A stretch of 64,000 nt of DNA from Bythopirellula sp. (GCA_965216565.1 OZ244170.1:4224001-4288000); one strand, 5' to 3'. Counted from the stretch's first letter, positions 39,682-49,499 are shown. Notes: a model not told the origin generated them from the sequence alone. Made by a program: numbers and translations.

Positions 39682-40275
39682 ATGAATAAATTCATGGTGC
39701 TGTCTTTTCTTGTATTCGTCGCCTTCTCGACGGCGGTAATCGCCTACTCCACAGACCATTGGATGACGCCGACCACCGTATCGTCACTGGGTCCAACAAT
39801 CGAAGATGTTCAGGAGCTTACGGAACTAGTAGCGATGAAGTTTACTGTCTCCGATGTTCTCGCGGCCGAGGAGGATGGCTACCGAGGGAGCTGGCTTGTT
39901 AAAGGTGATGTTTGGCTCGGCATTAATCTGATGGACGCAAAGGTCACAAACAAAGACAATGAAACTCAAACGGCAGAATTACTATTACCTCCGCCTCACG
40001 TTACTTCTGCGCGGGTCGACCACCATCGGACAATGACTTGGGACGTGAAAAAGGGTTCCTGGAACCCGCTTGAGTGGGATCAAAGTCCTCTTAGAGACGA
40101 AGCAATGAAACATGCTCAGCGACTAGTAGAGCATATGGGCTCCTCCGAATCACAGAAAGAGGAAGCAAAACGACAGGCAGAGCTGATAATCGAGAACATC
40201 TACAAAATGGTAGGCTGGGACGTAACTGTACGGTGGCAATCCCGAGACTATACTGCCCCTCCATTGAGCCTATGA
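39682..40275 (+). CDS. Membrane-anchored DUF4230-like protein
   Basis: N-terminal TM helix; VQELTEL, VKGDVWLGINL, LLLPPPHV, AKRQAE..I..Y...GW.V.V pattern. Confidence 0.65.
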   Translation: MNKFMVLSFLVFVAFSTAVIAYSTDHWMTPTTVSSLGPTIEDVQELTELVAMKFTVSDVLAAEEDGYRGSWLVKGDVWLGINLMDAKVTNKDNETQTAELLLPPPHVTSARVDHHRTMTWDVKKGSWNPLEWDQSPLRDEAMKHAQRLVEHMGSSESQKEEAKRQAELIIENIYKMVGWDVTVRWQSRDYTAPPLSL

Positions 40276-40473
40276 ACTATCATGGACGGTTCGAACTGCT
40301 GACTTATTCGCATGAGGTCGTAGATCGAGCGACCGTACCTAGAATTCCCTCAGCATTTCGATTTAGCTAAATCCAACCGAAAAATGTGGCATAAGGTGTA
40401 TGGAGGCGGTTTAGCTATGACTAGAACCGAAATCGCTTCCTTCTTAGGTATTCCTTAAGCGAAGAGACTACAG

Positions 40474-42018
40474 ATGTCTGTCGGCAGTACTACCCGGGGA
40501 AGCATTCAGTCCATGGATGTGGATCTACCTTCCTCCATCTTTCAAATCGAAGACTCAGCGGACACCAATGCCGAGTTCGTCCTGTGGCAACCGGACTCAT
40601 CACAACTTGATGTTCTTGATGCAATACCCGGAATAGGGTTTCAGATCGAGACGGCCTCAGACGGAAAGCGATTGATCCTGCCCGCTGGAACTACCACAGA
40701 GAAAGATAGGCTGAAATACTTTTTCACTGCTTCGTGGCATTACGGCCTTCAAATCTTGCAAAGACAATTGCCCAATAAATTTACCCCAGAAGTGGTCTTT
40801 TCGTACCGCATGCTGTGGTTCTTCTTCAATCGTGCCCGCAAGATGCAACAGTACATACGTAAGAGATTTTTGCAACAGATGGATCTCGAGTTGCAGGAGA
40901 AAGAACAAGCACGGAAATCGCACGGCGAAGAGCCGATGGGCATTTTGCCCTGGACTTCCGACGAACAGTCCAGAAAGCGCGGCTACCCGGCCTCGTTGAG
41001 GGAGTTTTTTGACCAAGGCAACCAGGAGGCCTTCCAACATGGCGTTGAGGAGCCTACCACTGCCCACAAGATTGAGTTCTCTCTCGCTCGAGCCGCCAAG
41101 CTGGAATCGCGGATTTCTTTGGATGAGGAACAGGCGGCTAAACTAGTCAAGAATGCCCTCTTCGATGTGGACGATATCACCGAGTTGCCAACTGGCGAGA
41201 CTGCTCAACAACTTGAGGAATTGATACTCCATCACCTCTTCTCCCAAATTACAGGTGATAAAAACCAGCCGGAATTCGATAACTGGTTTGCTGGTGGGCG
41301 CAGCGTACTTGTCAAAGAACTTGCAAGACAACTGAAAGACCATGACGAAAGTGATGCGACGGGTTTGATTACAGCTGCACTCGTTCAATATGGCTGGTAC
41401 GCATCTCAGTATCTGGCAGGGTGCATCCAAGCGGTTATGCACGACGTGTCGAAATGCTTGCCACAGCCACTTACTGCCGACGAAAAGGATGCCTTTGAGT
41501 TGCTCTACAATCCTCAATCCTCGTTTGGTGGCTTGCCATTGATTCTGCTGGGCGATCGATTGGAATTCGTACGCATCATTGCAGGCGAGCTGTTGGCAGC
41601 GCCGAAAGATACCGAGAGAATTGGTGAAATCCACTGTTTACTGCAATTCTATGTCTCTATGGTACAAGCTCGCCGGGAAGCTGATCGTGAGTCTAAGAGG
41701 GCATCGCACCACACTAGCCAATCTATACAGGCCGAGGACGTGGAAGATGAGTCACCTGAACTCGTATTCCACCCCTTACGATCACCGAAGGGGATAAAAA
41801 ACCCCACTCAGGACGACGTGATCTTTCGAGAGCAATTTAAGATGCTTTGCCTATCGTTAGCGGTACAGATCGGCTTCAAATGTTCTTGCGAGTCACCAGA
41901 TTTGAATTTCGAACTGCACGAGCAGAACGGCCTCAACGCCATGATTTCGCTAGCGTGCTCTATCTGCGACAAGTCTGCGTTAAGAACAGAAGTCCGTCTG
42001 CCAAGGCTTCAATCGTAG
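40474..42018 (+). CDS. Hypothetical protein, mostly helical, with C-terminal CxC...CxxC cluster
   Basis: 514-aa open frame; no family recognised; directly upstream of the xis-int pair. Confidence 0.7.
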   Translation: MSVGSTTRGSIQSMDVDLPSSIFQIEDSADTNAEFVLWQPDSSQLDVLDAIPGIGFQIETASDGKRLILPAGTTTEKDRLKYFFTASWHYGLQILQRQLPNKFTPEVVFSYRMLWFFFNRARKMQQYIRKRFLQQMDLELQEKEQARKSHGEEPMGILPWTSDEQSRKRGYPASLREFFDQGNQEAFQHGVEEPTTAHKIEFSLARAAKLESRISLDEEQAAKLVKNALFDVDDITELPTGETAQQLEELILHHLFSQITGDKNQPEFDNWFAGGRSVLVKELARQLKDHDESDATGLITAALVQYGWYASQYLAGCIQAVMHDVSKCLPQPLTADEKDAFELLYNPQSSFGGLPLILLGDRLEFVRIIAGELLAAPKDTERIGEIHCLLQFYVSMVQARREADRESKRASHHTSQSIQAEDVEDESPELVFHPLRSPKGIKNPTQDDVIFREQFKMLCLSLAVQIGFKCSCESPDLNFELHEQNGLNAMISLACSICDKSALRTEVRLPRLQS

Positions 42019-42225
42019 GAGCAGTGGGTGAACAGCCTATTATGCTAGCAGATTTCAAGAGTCGCGAGAACTCTAGACCGTGAACCAAAAAAACTTCTGA
42101 TTTTCTGGTTTTTCGGTCTCTGGCCGCCTGCCGGGCTTCCCTGACTTGATAGAGGACCAAATGTCTTGGCCCTGGTAAGTGAGGAAGCGCCCCTCTGAGG
42201 ACGCGACGAAGCAACGGAATGCACT

Positions 42226-42588
42226 ATGGCAGCCAATTCAGAGAGCAGGAAGCAATCCCACCGGGAACAGGCACACCCTCCGCGCGAACTTTGCCCTAAT
42301 GACGCTTGGCTAACGGCCGAACAATTCGCGGAAGAAATCAAGTGGTCGATGGCCACCCTCCGACGTCGCCTCGCTGACGGTACGGTTGAGAAGTATCAAC
42401 CTGGAGGCCCACGCTGTGCAGTTCGCATCCACAGGCGCGAATTGGAACGGTTCACAAGGTTTCCATGCGCCTCACCTCAAAACACGAATGCCTCTCGGGC
42501 AAACGAACCTGACTCTATGTCCGTAGTTTCAAGACCATCGTCTCACCTCGCTGGCCCCACGCCAACCTGGATGAGACGCAGATCATAA
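42226..42588 (+). CDS. Excisionase-like helix-turn-helix protein
   Basis: WLTAEQFAEEIKWSMATLRRRLADG....QPGG....VRI; 11 bp upstream of the integrase. Confidence 0.7.
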   Translation: MAANSESRKQSHREQAHPPRELCPNDAWLTAEQFAEEIKWSMATLRRRLADGTVEKYQPGGPRCAVRIHRRELERFTRFPCASPQNTNASRANEPDSMSVVSRPSSHLAGPTPTWMRRRS

Positions 42589-42599
42589 AGGAGATCAAT

Positions 42600-43886
42600 A
42601 TGCCAAAACAACGAAAGAACGAACAAATACGATGTCCACATTTTACCTGGAAGCTAGCCAGACGAAATAATGTCTGGTATGCCGATGGCCGCAGCAACTC
42701 GGTCAACGCTGGTCGTCATTCTCTCGGGACAAAAAGTAAAGAGGTAGCCCTGCGGCAACTTCCTGGACTCGATCAAGCACGCGCCGAAGACCTTGGCTTA
42801 ATCCCAAAGCCTCACAGAGATCCAGCACAGGTTGTGCTTCTCTTATTGGAAGAAGGTAGGAAATTGTACGAGCAGCACATCGCACGTCCCCAGTTGGCTG
42901 GCGGACTTCGCAAGTCCTCACTTCGTCGCTACAGGGGGGCACTGAACAAATTTCTGCCCTATGCCAAACAACAGGGCATCACGACCTGGAATGGCGTTAC
43001 CGAGACACTCTTAACCGAATATATCGCATTCTTAGAAGCCAAGAATGCACCCCATACTATAAAGAAGGATCTAGTCATTGTGACGGGTGCTCACAGATGG
43101 CTGATTACGGCAGATCATATTCATGGCGTGCAGCCTATCAACCTGAAGTTCCGCGCCGGCGAGAGCCAAGCTCACTATTGCTATAGCCCGCAACAGGTGA
43201 AGGCAATGCTAGAACAGAGCCGCGAGGATCCCTCGCTGCGTTGGCTGGAATTGCTGATTGTGGGTCTTGCTTGCACTGGTCTACGTATCGAAGAACTATT
43301 GTCTCTGCGATGGACTGATATCGATCTCGAAAAAGGGCGATTGGAACTCACTGACGAGTCTGGGCATTGCCGCACAGACGGTACGCAGCTGCGGCAGACC
43401 AAGAGTGGGCGTAGCAGAACCCTGTCAATCCACCCTGACCTGCTCGCCATGCTGCGAGACATCGTGCCTAAGAAGGGATTTGTGTTTCATAGCCAAAAAG
43501 ACGGGAGAATTGATGCAAGAGATGCTCGAGGTATCTTCGTCAGCAAAATCATAGAACCACTCGCGGTGAAGTATCCTGAGCGACAAGGATCGAAGACTTT
43601 TGCTGATGCCCGATTTCACAGTTTTCGACATTACTTCTGTTCGACGTGTGCCAACAATAGTGTGCCGGAGCGAATTGTGATGACGTGGTTGGGTCACTCG
43701 AACAGTGAAATGATCCGGCACTATTATCATCTCCACGATCTGGAGGCGAAGCGTCGGATGGACAGTTTAAACTTCCTCGGTGAGTGTGGTGGATGGTCCA
43801 CCGGCCAAACCGGGGATAACAATGTTATGGATGATGCCGGACCAGGAGGTCCTGAGACACGAGACAACAGAGATACTGCTGATTGA
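42600..43886 (+). CDS. Tyrosine recombinase/integrase
   Basis: TGLRIEELLSLRWTDID (R), TKSG (K), FHSFRHYF (HxxR), LGHS (H), HYYH (Y); AAGGAG RBS. Confidence 0.95.
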   Translation: MPKQRKNEQIRCPHFTWKLARRNNVWYADGRSNSVNAGRHSLGTKSKEVALRQLPGLDQARAEDLGLIPKPHRDPAQVVLLLLEEGRKLYEQHIARPQLAGGLRKSSLRRYRGALNKFLPYAKQQGITTWNGVTETLLTEYIAFLEAKNAPHTIKKDLVIVTGAHRWLITADHIHGVQPINLKFRAGESQAHYCYSPQQVKAMLEQSREDPSLRWLELLIVGLACTGLRIEELLSLRWTDIDLEKGRLELTDESGHCRTDGTQLRQTKSGRSRTLSIHPDLLAMLRDIVPKKGFVFHSQKDGRIDARDARGIFVSKIIEPLAVKYPERQGSKTFADARFHSFRHYFCSTCANNSVPERIVMTWLGHSNSEMIRHYYHLHDLEAKRRMDSLNFLGECGGWSTGQTGDNNVMDDAGPGGPETRDNRDTAD

Positions 43887-43893
43887 CGCAGTC

Positions 43894-43915
43894 TTGGCAC
43901 AGTTAACTGTGCCAA
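43894..43915. repeat. Perfect 22-bp palindrome TTGGCACAGTTAACTGTGCCAA; candidate integrase arm-type sites or terminator
   Basis: Exact palindrome 7 bp after the int stop, preceded by the near-direct copy TTGACGCAGT (43883-43892). Confidence 0.7.
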
Positions 43916-44029
43916 TGAATCTTACAATTAAAAATGCCTACAAAGATAGAGCTTTTAGTAGTAGGATTCAGAGAACCCGGCGACTTATCAAGTCGCGGCT
44001 ATTACGACTCTTGAGCCAAGACATTCCCC

Positions 44030-46105
44030 ATGCCCAATCGACTAGCCGATGAAACCAGCCCCTATCTGTTGCAGCACAAGAACAATCCAGTGGATTGGTA
44101 TCCGTGGGGGCCCGAAGCGCTGAAGCATGCTAAAGAGGAACAGAAGCCAATCTTTCTTTCAATCGGTTACTCGGCCTGCCATTGGTGTCATGTGATGGAG
44201 CACGAGAGTTTCGAAGACGAAGAGATCGCTGCGGCACTCAACGAGAACTTCGTCTGCATCAAAGTCGATCGCGAAGAGCGACCTGACTTGGACCAAATCT
44301 ATATGTCGGCTGTGCAGGCGCTGACGCAACGGGGCGGCTGGCCGATGAGCGTGTTTCTGACGCCCGATCTTAAGCCATTCTATGCAGGGACTTACTGGCC
44401 GCCGCGAGCCGGGAGGGGGATGCCAGGGTTCGATCAGGTGGTCGCCGCCGTGGCCAATGCGTGGAAAACCAATCGCGATGCGGTCGTCGAACAGTCGCAG
44501 CAATTGACCAATCACCTGGGCGAAATGCAGAAAGGCTCGGACACAGGGGAATTGAGTGCCGATTTGATCGAGGGTGCAGTCAAGCACTTCGCTCAGACTT
44601 TCGACTCACAGCATGGCGGTTTTGGCGGAGCCCCCAAGTTTCCCGCGCCCATGGTGTTGCGTCTACTTCTGCGAGACTACCAGCGCCGGCAGCAGCGAGA
44701 ATCGCTCGACATGGTCCGCACAACGCTCGATAAAATGGCTGCCGGGGGCATCTACGACCATCTGGGCGGCGGCTTTGCACGCTACTCGGTCGACCAACGT
44801 TGGTTGGTGCCCCATTTCGAAAAGATGCTGTACGACAACGCCCAATTGGCGGTTACTTATCTAGAGGCGTTCCAGGTAACCGGTGACGAGGCCTACGCCC
44901 GCGTCGTGCGGGAAATGCTCGACTATGTGTTGCGCGACATGACCGACCCCGCCGGCGGTTTCTACAGCACGGAAGATGCCGATAGCGAAGGGGTCGAAGG
45001 CAAGTTCTACGTTTGGACCCCCGATAGTCTGAAAGAGGTATTGGGAGAACAGGCTGCCGAGACGTTTGCCCGGGTTTACGACGTCACCGAGTCGGGCAAT
45101 TTTGAGCATGGCCAGAGCATTCTCAATTTGCCGAAGTCGATCGCCCAACACGCTAAGCTACTCGACCGCGATGTGGCAGACCTGGAGGAAGAACTCGCCG
45201 CTAGTCGGGCCAAGCTTTTCGAGGCGCGCGAAAAACGCGTGCATCCTCACAAAGACGACAAAGTGATCGTGGCCTGGAACGGCTTGATGATCGCAGCCTT
45301 TGCCAAGGCTGGTGCCGTATTGGGAGAGGATCGTTATTTGCAAGCGGCCCAAGACGCGGCCAATTTTCTGCTGCAAGAAGTTCGCCGCGAGGACGGCCGT
45401 CTGCTCCACACCTGGCGTGGGGGCAAAGCAAAGTTGGACGCGTATCTGGACGACTATGCCTATCTAGCAAATGGCTTGATCTCGCTGTACGAAGCGACGT
45501 TCGTGGGCCGATACCTCGACGAAGCGCAGGCATTACTCGAAACAGTGCTCAAGCATTTCCGCGACGAGAAGGACGGAGGATTCTATTTCACGGCCGACGA
45601 CCACGAGGAATTGATCCTCCGTAATAAGGATCTCTTAGATAACGCGGTACCTAGCGGCAACGCGATGGCGGCCACGGCACTGTGGCGAATGAGTTTGTTC
45701 ACCGGCGACGATCGATACCGCGAGGCAGCACTAGGGGCTTGGCGAGTGACCGGGGAAACAATGCGACGCTATCCCTCGGCTGCCGCCCAATCGTTGCAGG
45801 GTGTCGATAGGGTTCAGGGACCGAGTTATGAACTCGTGTTGGCAGTAGATCTGAGTGACGATGCCGAGCAGCAGGTACTCTCGCAGTTGCAGCAGCGCTA
45901 TTTGCCGAACAAGGTGCTGGCTGTCGTAGGTCCGAATGTGCCGGAGCCGCCTGAGGCCGCGAGCGAGCTATTGGCGGGCAAAAGCCGTTTGGGCGAGGCG
46001 GCAACGCTCTACGTTTGCGAAGGATTTACCTGCCAGGCACCCTCGCAGGGGGCGGAAGAAATCGAACACGCGCTCGATGGACTCATGCCGATCGGCTCAC
46101 TCTAG
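44030..46105 (+). CDS. YyaL/SPATA20-like thioredoxin-domain protein (DUF255)
   Basis: [72 protein letters not shown]. Confidence 0.95.
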   Translation: MPNRLADETSPYLLQHKNNPVDWYPWGPEALKHAKEEQKPIFLSIGYSACHWCHVMEHESFEDEEIAAALNENFVCIKVDREERPDLDQIYMSAVQALTQRGGWPMSVFLTPDLKPFYAGTYWPPRAGRGMPGFDQVVAAVANAWKTNRDAVVEQSQQLTNHLGEMQKGSDTGELSADLIEGAVKHFAQTFDSQHGGFGGAPKFPAPMVLRLLLRDYQRRQQRESLDMVRTTLDKMAAGGIYDHLGGGFARYSVDQRWLVPHFEKMLYDNAQLAVTYLEAFQVTGDEAYARVVREMLDYVLRDMTDPAGGFYSTEDADSEGVEGKFYVWTPDSLKEVLGEQAAETFARVYDVTESGNFEHGQSILNLPKSIAQHAKLLDRDVADLEEELAASRAKLFEAREKRVHPHKDDKVIVAWNGLMIAAFAKAGAVLGEDRYLQAAQDAANFLLQEVRREDGRLLHTWRGGKAKLDAYLDDYAYLANGLISLYEATFVGRYLDEAQALLETVLKHFRDEKDGGFYFTADDHEELILRNKDLLDNAVPSGNAMAATALWRMSLFTGDDRYREAALGAWRVTGETMRRYPSAAAQSLQGVDRVQGPSYELVLAVDLSDDAEQQVLSQLQQRYLPNKVLAVVGPNVPEPPEAASELLAGKSRLGEAATLYVCEGFTCQAPSQGAEEIEHALDGLMPIGSL

Positions 46106-46480
46106 CTCAAGCGAAGACTCAGCGAGCGCCGCCTTCTCCGCCTGATCGATTTTCTGCATCAGCTCTTCCATGCGTTTGATTTGCTGACCACTTTCGGCAA
46201 TGAGCTGCTCGAGCACAATAATTCGGCTGGTGAGTTGACCATTGAGATCGCGGGCCATTTCGTGCATCTCCACTTTTTCTCGTTCGATGTGGGCGAGGGT
46301 GTCCTTTTGCGCCCCGTCCCATTTGCTAGTCGGACGAGGTTGCAATTCGATGGGGCCTTGGTCGCGTCGGCGTCGGGAACGACCAAAGTAGCGCGATGCC
46401 CGTTTCATGAGAATAAACGTCAGCAACCCCGCCCCGGCAAGGAACATCAACAACGGTGTGAGGTTGGCAAGTAAGATCAT
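46097..46480 (-). CDS. Hypothetical membrane-anchored coiled-coil protein
   Basis: N-terminal TM helix, basic stretch, coiled-coil C-terminus. Confidence 0.65.
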   Translation of the reverse strand: MILLANLTPLLMFLAGAGLLTFILMKRASRYFGRSRRRRDQGPIELQPRPTSKWDGAQKDTLAHIEREKVEMHEMARDLNGQLTSRIIVLEQLIAESGQQIKRMEELMQKIDQAEKAALAESSLELE

Positions 46481-46492
46481 GGTTTTCTGAGT

Positions 46493-46603
46493 ACAGGATG
46501 ACAGGATCTATCGGTTTCACAGGATGAAGCTTTGATGCACCCCATTGTGAAGCCCGGCATATAATTCCAAATCCTGTACATCCTGCCAATCCAGTTATCC
46601 TGT
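46493..46603. repeat. Inverted arrays of ACAGGAT / ATCCTGT units with 8-9-bp period
   Basis: ACAGGAT at 46493, 46501, 46519; ATCCTGT, ATCCTGC, ATCCAGT, ATCCTGT at 46571, 46580, 46589, 46597. Confidence 0.75.
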
Positions 46604-47782
46604 CTAGGTATTGGCAGAATTGAAGGCCGCTTTGGCTGCCGTTTCGACTTCTGCTCGGGGCACCTGATGTTTATCGGCAATTTCTGCGACGGATTCGTAT
46701 TCTGGCGAAAAACGGACGCTCCCGTCTGGCAAAGTGGCCACAATACCGGCAACCTCACCCCATTGTGTGACAGCACTCACCTGCTGGCGGGGCAATGTGA
46801 GCCGTTGGAGCGCCGACTTGCGAATGCCTAGCGTTGTGGTTTCGGCAAAGATGATGCCGGCTAGCTGCTCCGCATCGCGCGGTTGGCATTGCACTGCCAG
46901 CAGTACACCAGGCCGATGTTTCTTCATCTGCAGCGGCGAAGTCGCGACGTCCAGTGCACCCGCTTTCCACAGTTTTTCTATGCAGTAGCCCACCGATTCG
47001 CCGGTGATATCGTCCAGGTTGGTTTCCAGTAGCACGATCGAATCCGCGGTAGTCGATGCCGGCGAATCCGCACATTCCCCAACCATCAGCCGCAGTAGAT
47101 TGGGATGTTCGAAGTCCTTTTGCCCCGCTCCGTAGCCGATGCTATCGATCGTCATCGCCGGCACGGGGCCAAAGCTCTCGACGAGGGTGGCGACTATCGC
47201 AGCCCCGGTGGGCGTGGTGAGTTCCCCTTCGACATGGCTCTCGGCAATCGGGATTCCGCGCAGCAACTCGCCGGTGGCGGGTGCCGGAATGGCGCAGCGA
47301 CCGTGGGCAATTTCAATGAACCCCGTGCCGGTGGGAATGGGGGAGGCGACAACACGGTCGACCCCCAGCAGATCCCAAGCAATGGCAGAGCCCACGATAT
47401 CGGCGATTGAATCGACCGCCCCCACTTCGTGAAAATGAACTTTCTCAAGGGTCGAACCGTGCACCTTGGCTTCCGCCTCGGCAAGACGGTGAAATATTTT
47501 GCCTGCCAGGTCTTGTTGGGTGGGCGTTAGTTGGCTCCCCTGGATCATCTCGGTGATGTGATGCAGATGGCGATGGGCATGCTCCGGCTCGTGCTCGACG
47601 GTGAGCTGCAGTGCGCGAAAGCAACTCTTCTGTACTTCCTCGCACTTCAATCGGCAACTGGGCAGGCCCAACGAATCGATGCCCGCCTGGATGGCCCCCA
47701 ACTCGACGCCGGCATCCACCAGCGCCCCCAGCATCATGTCGCCGCTCACACCACTAGCACAGTCGAGGTAGGCAACACGCAT
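46604..47782 (-). CDS. larC: Nickel pincer cofactor biosynthesis protein LarC
   Basis: YLDCASGVSGDMMLGALVD, VHFHEVGAVDSIADIVG, HG..AIPAPAT, GELTTPTGAA, LETNLDD, ETTTLGIR, PEYE. Confidence 0.95.
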   Translation of the reverse strand: MRVAYLDCASGVSGDMMLGALVDAGVELGAIQAGIDSLGLPSCRLKCEEVQKSCFRALQLTVEHEPEHAHRHLHHITEMIQGSQLTPTQQDLAGKIFHRLAEAEAKVHGSTLEKVHFHEVGAVDSIADIVGSAIAWDLLGVDRVVASPIPTGTGFIEIAHGRCAIPAPATGELLRGIPIAESHVEGELTTPTGAAIVATLVESFGPVPAMTIDSIGYGAGQKDFEHPNLLRLMVGECADSPASTTADSIVLLETNLDDITGESVGYCIEKLWKAGALDVATSPLQMKKHRPGVLLAVQCQPRDAEQLAGIIFAETTTLGIRKSALQRLTLPRQQVSAVTQWGEVAGIVATLPDGSVRFSPEYESVAEIADKHQVPRAEVETAAKAAFNSANT

Positions 47783-48028
47783 CTAGGTTTCTCAGTTGTG
47801 GAGATGGAGAGACAAACTAGTTGGAGAGGAATTTCAGCAGAGAGCAAAGAGCTGAGAGCCAAGTGGATTGAGCTGATTGCTGACTGCAAACCTGTGGGTT
47901 CATTCTAGAGAAGCTTGGGCGAATCGGCAAAGAGCGTTGTGCCGCGCGCTAGCATTGACCCAATTTCGGGGAATTGGTACCGTCCCACCCGCTCACGCTC
48001 TATCCTTTCATTCATCGATTGTGCTGTC

Positions 48029-48958
48029 ATGGGTTCCACCGCGGCTTGCAAAGTTGGTTCTGCTTTAGGCGGATTGCCAAGCCGGATGAAGGTGCTGTTT
48101 ATCACCACAAGTGCCCGACCTTGCAGTTGGCTAACTGAGGCGTTTGCTGCCGACAATGCCACGCAGATTACGCTGGAGGAAGTCATTGGCAAAGCTGCCG
48201 GCTTGATTCGCCTCCGCGACGAAGTCTTCGATGCGGTGCTGGTGACTCACGAACCAGCCGAGTTAGATGCCCTCGATCTGGTTGAGGGACTGCGGGGTGG
48301 CGGCAATGAAGAACCGATGATCTTACTGGGCAGTGAGGCCCCCGAGCATATCGACGCCCTCTGCTACGAGGTGGGTGCCGACGACTACTGCTGCATCGGA
48401 GAAACCACCGTCCGCGGATTGCTCTGGAAATTTGGCCGAGCGATCGAACGGCATCAGCTCGTCCGCGAAAATCGACGGCTCGTCCAGGTGGAACGCCAAC
48501 GTTTGCAGCAAGAACATAGCGAGGCCCAACGCTTGCTCGATCAGCAACGTGCCTTGATTGAAGACCTACACAATCTCGGCGAAGAGAATAGCCAAACGGA
48601 AGACGCGTGCGACAATACCGAAACCTCCACGCAGCGAACCCAATTACCGACGGAGTTTTCACCCGCGCTAGTGAAACACTATCGCGAACTGCTGCGCGCC
48701 TACGTGATTATGGGTGTCGGAAACCTGGCGGATGAGATGAACACTTTGGCCGATCATTTGGCTGGCAGTGGTGCTTCCGCCCAACGGGCTGTCCAACTGC
48801 ATGTTTCTGTGTTGGAGGATTTGGTGCAGGGCTTGGGCAACCGTAGTGCGAGGCACGTCATCAATCGCGCCGATCTCTTGGTGCTGGAGGTCATGGGCCA
48901 CCTGGCCGACGACTACCGCCTGCGGTACGAGCAAACGATGTCGATTTCGGATTTCTGA
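48029..48958 (+). CDS. Pseudo-receiver domain protein with coiled coil and KaiA-C/RsbU-N-like helical C-terminus
   Basis: Receiver-like MKVLF...FDAVLVTH...DALDLV..LR...PMILL...GADDYCC lacking the catalytic Asp and Lys; C-terminal YRELLRAY...LHVSVLEDL...LLVLEVMGHLADDYR. Start uncertain (47915, 48029 or later). Confidence 0.7.
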   Translation: MGSTAACKVGSALGGLPSRMKVLFITTSARPCSWLTEAFAADNATQITLEEVIGKAAGLIRLRDEVFDAVLVTHEPAELDALDLVEGLRGGGNEEPMILLGSEAPEHIDALCYEVGADDYCCIGETTVRGLLWKFGRAIERHQLVRENRRLVQVERQRLQQEHSEAQRLLDQQRALIEDLHNLGEENSQTEDACDNTETSTQRTQLPTEFSPALVKHYRELLRAYVIMGVGNLADEMNTLADHLAGSGASAQRAVQLHVSVLEDLVQGLGNRSARHVINRADLLVLEVMGHLADDYRLRYEQTMSISDF

Positions 48959-49098
48959 TTTGGGATCGTGGATCGTGTTTCAGCTATTCCGCAATCCGCA
49001 GTGGTAAATCTGAATTCCTCACTGCCCCTAGCTCCTGGCCCCTCTCTCGGCCACAATGGCGGGACTCTTGGCCGGACCACCTTTCTCAGAAAGATCGG

Positions 49099-49488
49099 AT
49101 GAGCGATTCCACAACCACCCTTGAAGATCTAAAAACGTTGATCCGCGAATTTGTTGCGGAACGCGAGTGGGAAAAGTTCCATTCGCCCAAGAATCTGTCG
49201 ATGGCATTGTCCGTGGAAGCCTCGGAATTGATGGAGCATTTTCAGTGGATTGATCTGAATGAGTCGCGGGCCGTGGCAAACGACCCGAAAAAGCTGGCCG
49301 AGGTGGGGGAAGAGCTGGCCGACGTTTTTGCTTACAGTCTGGCACTAGCCGACGTGTTGGGGCTCGACTTGGCCGATACGGTACGTGCCAAAATGGTGAA
49401 GAACGTCGAGAAATATCCTGCCGATAAGTTTCGCGGCATCTATAGCATTGAAGACAAGCGGGACAGCGTCGAAGACAAACGGGGCTAG
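49099..49488 (+). CDS. MazG-like nucleotide pyrophosphohydrolase (DCTPP1-like)
   Basis: FVAEREWEKFHSPKNLSMALSVEASELMEHFQW, EELADV, K...N..KYP. Confidence 0.93.
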   Translation: MSDSTTTLEDLKTLIREFVAEREWEKFHSPKNLSMALSVEASELMEHFQWIDLNESRAVANDPKKLAEVGEELADVFAYSLALADVLGLDLADTVRAKMVKNVEKYPADKFRGIYSIEDKRDSVEDKRG

Positions 49489-49499
49489 TTCGTTGCGGC

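Larger units (their letters stand above)
40474..43990 (+). mobile_element. Integration module at the right end of a probable genomic island
   Basis: xis-like and int genes, repeats just downstream of int, and a rise in GC content from about 44 kb; the left border is not visible in the window. Confidence 0.6.

Noticed and set aside
43955..43990. Possible tRNA gene at the integrase end
   Set aside because: Only a broken T-loop-like motif; no acceptor, D or anticodon arms
46493..46603. Short repeats considered as a CRISPR array
   Set aside because: Units are 7-9 bp, inverted, without unique spacers, and no cas genes are present
46604..47782. larC without larA, larB or larE nearby
   Set aside because: Dispersed lar genes are common
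49099..49488. MazG-like gene as an anti-phage defence component
   Set aside because: Typical housekeeping DCTPP1-like sequence in a core-like operon, with no defence neighbours
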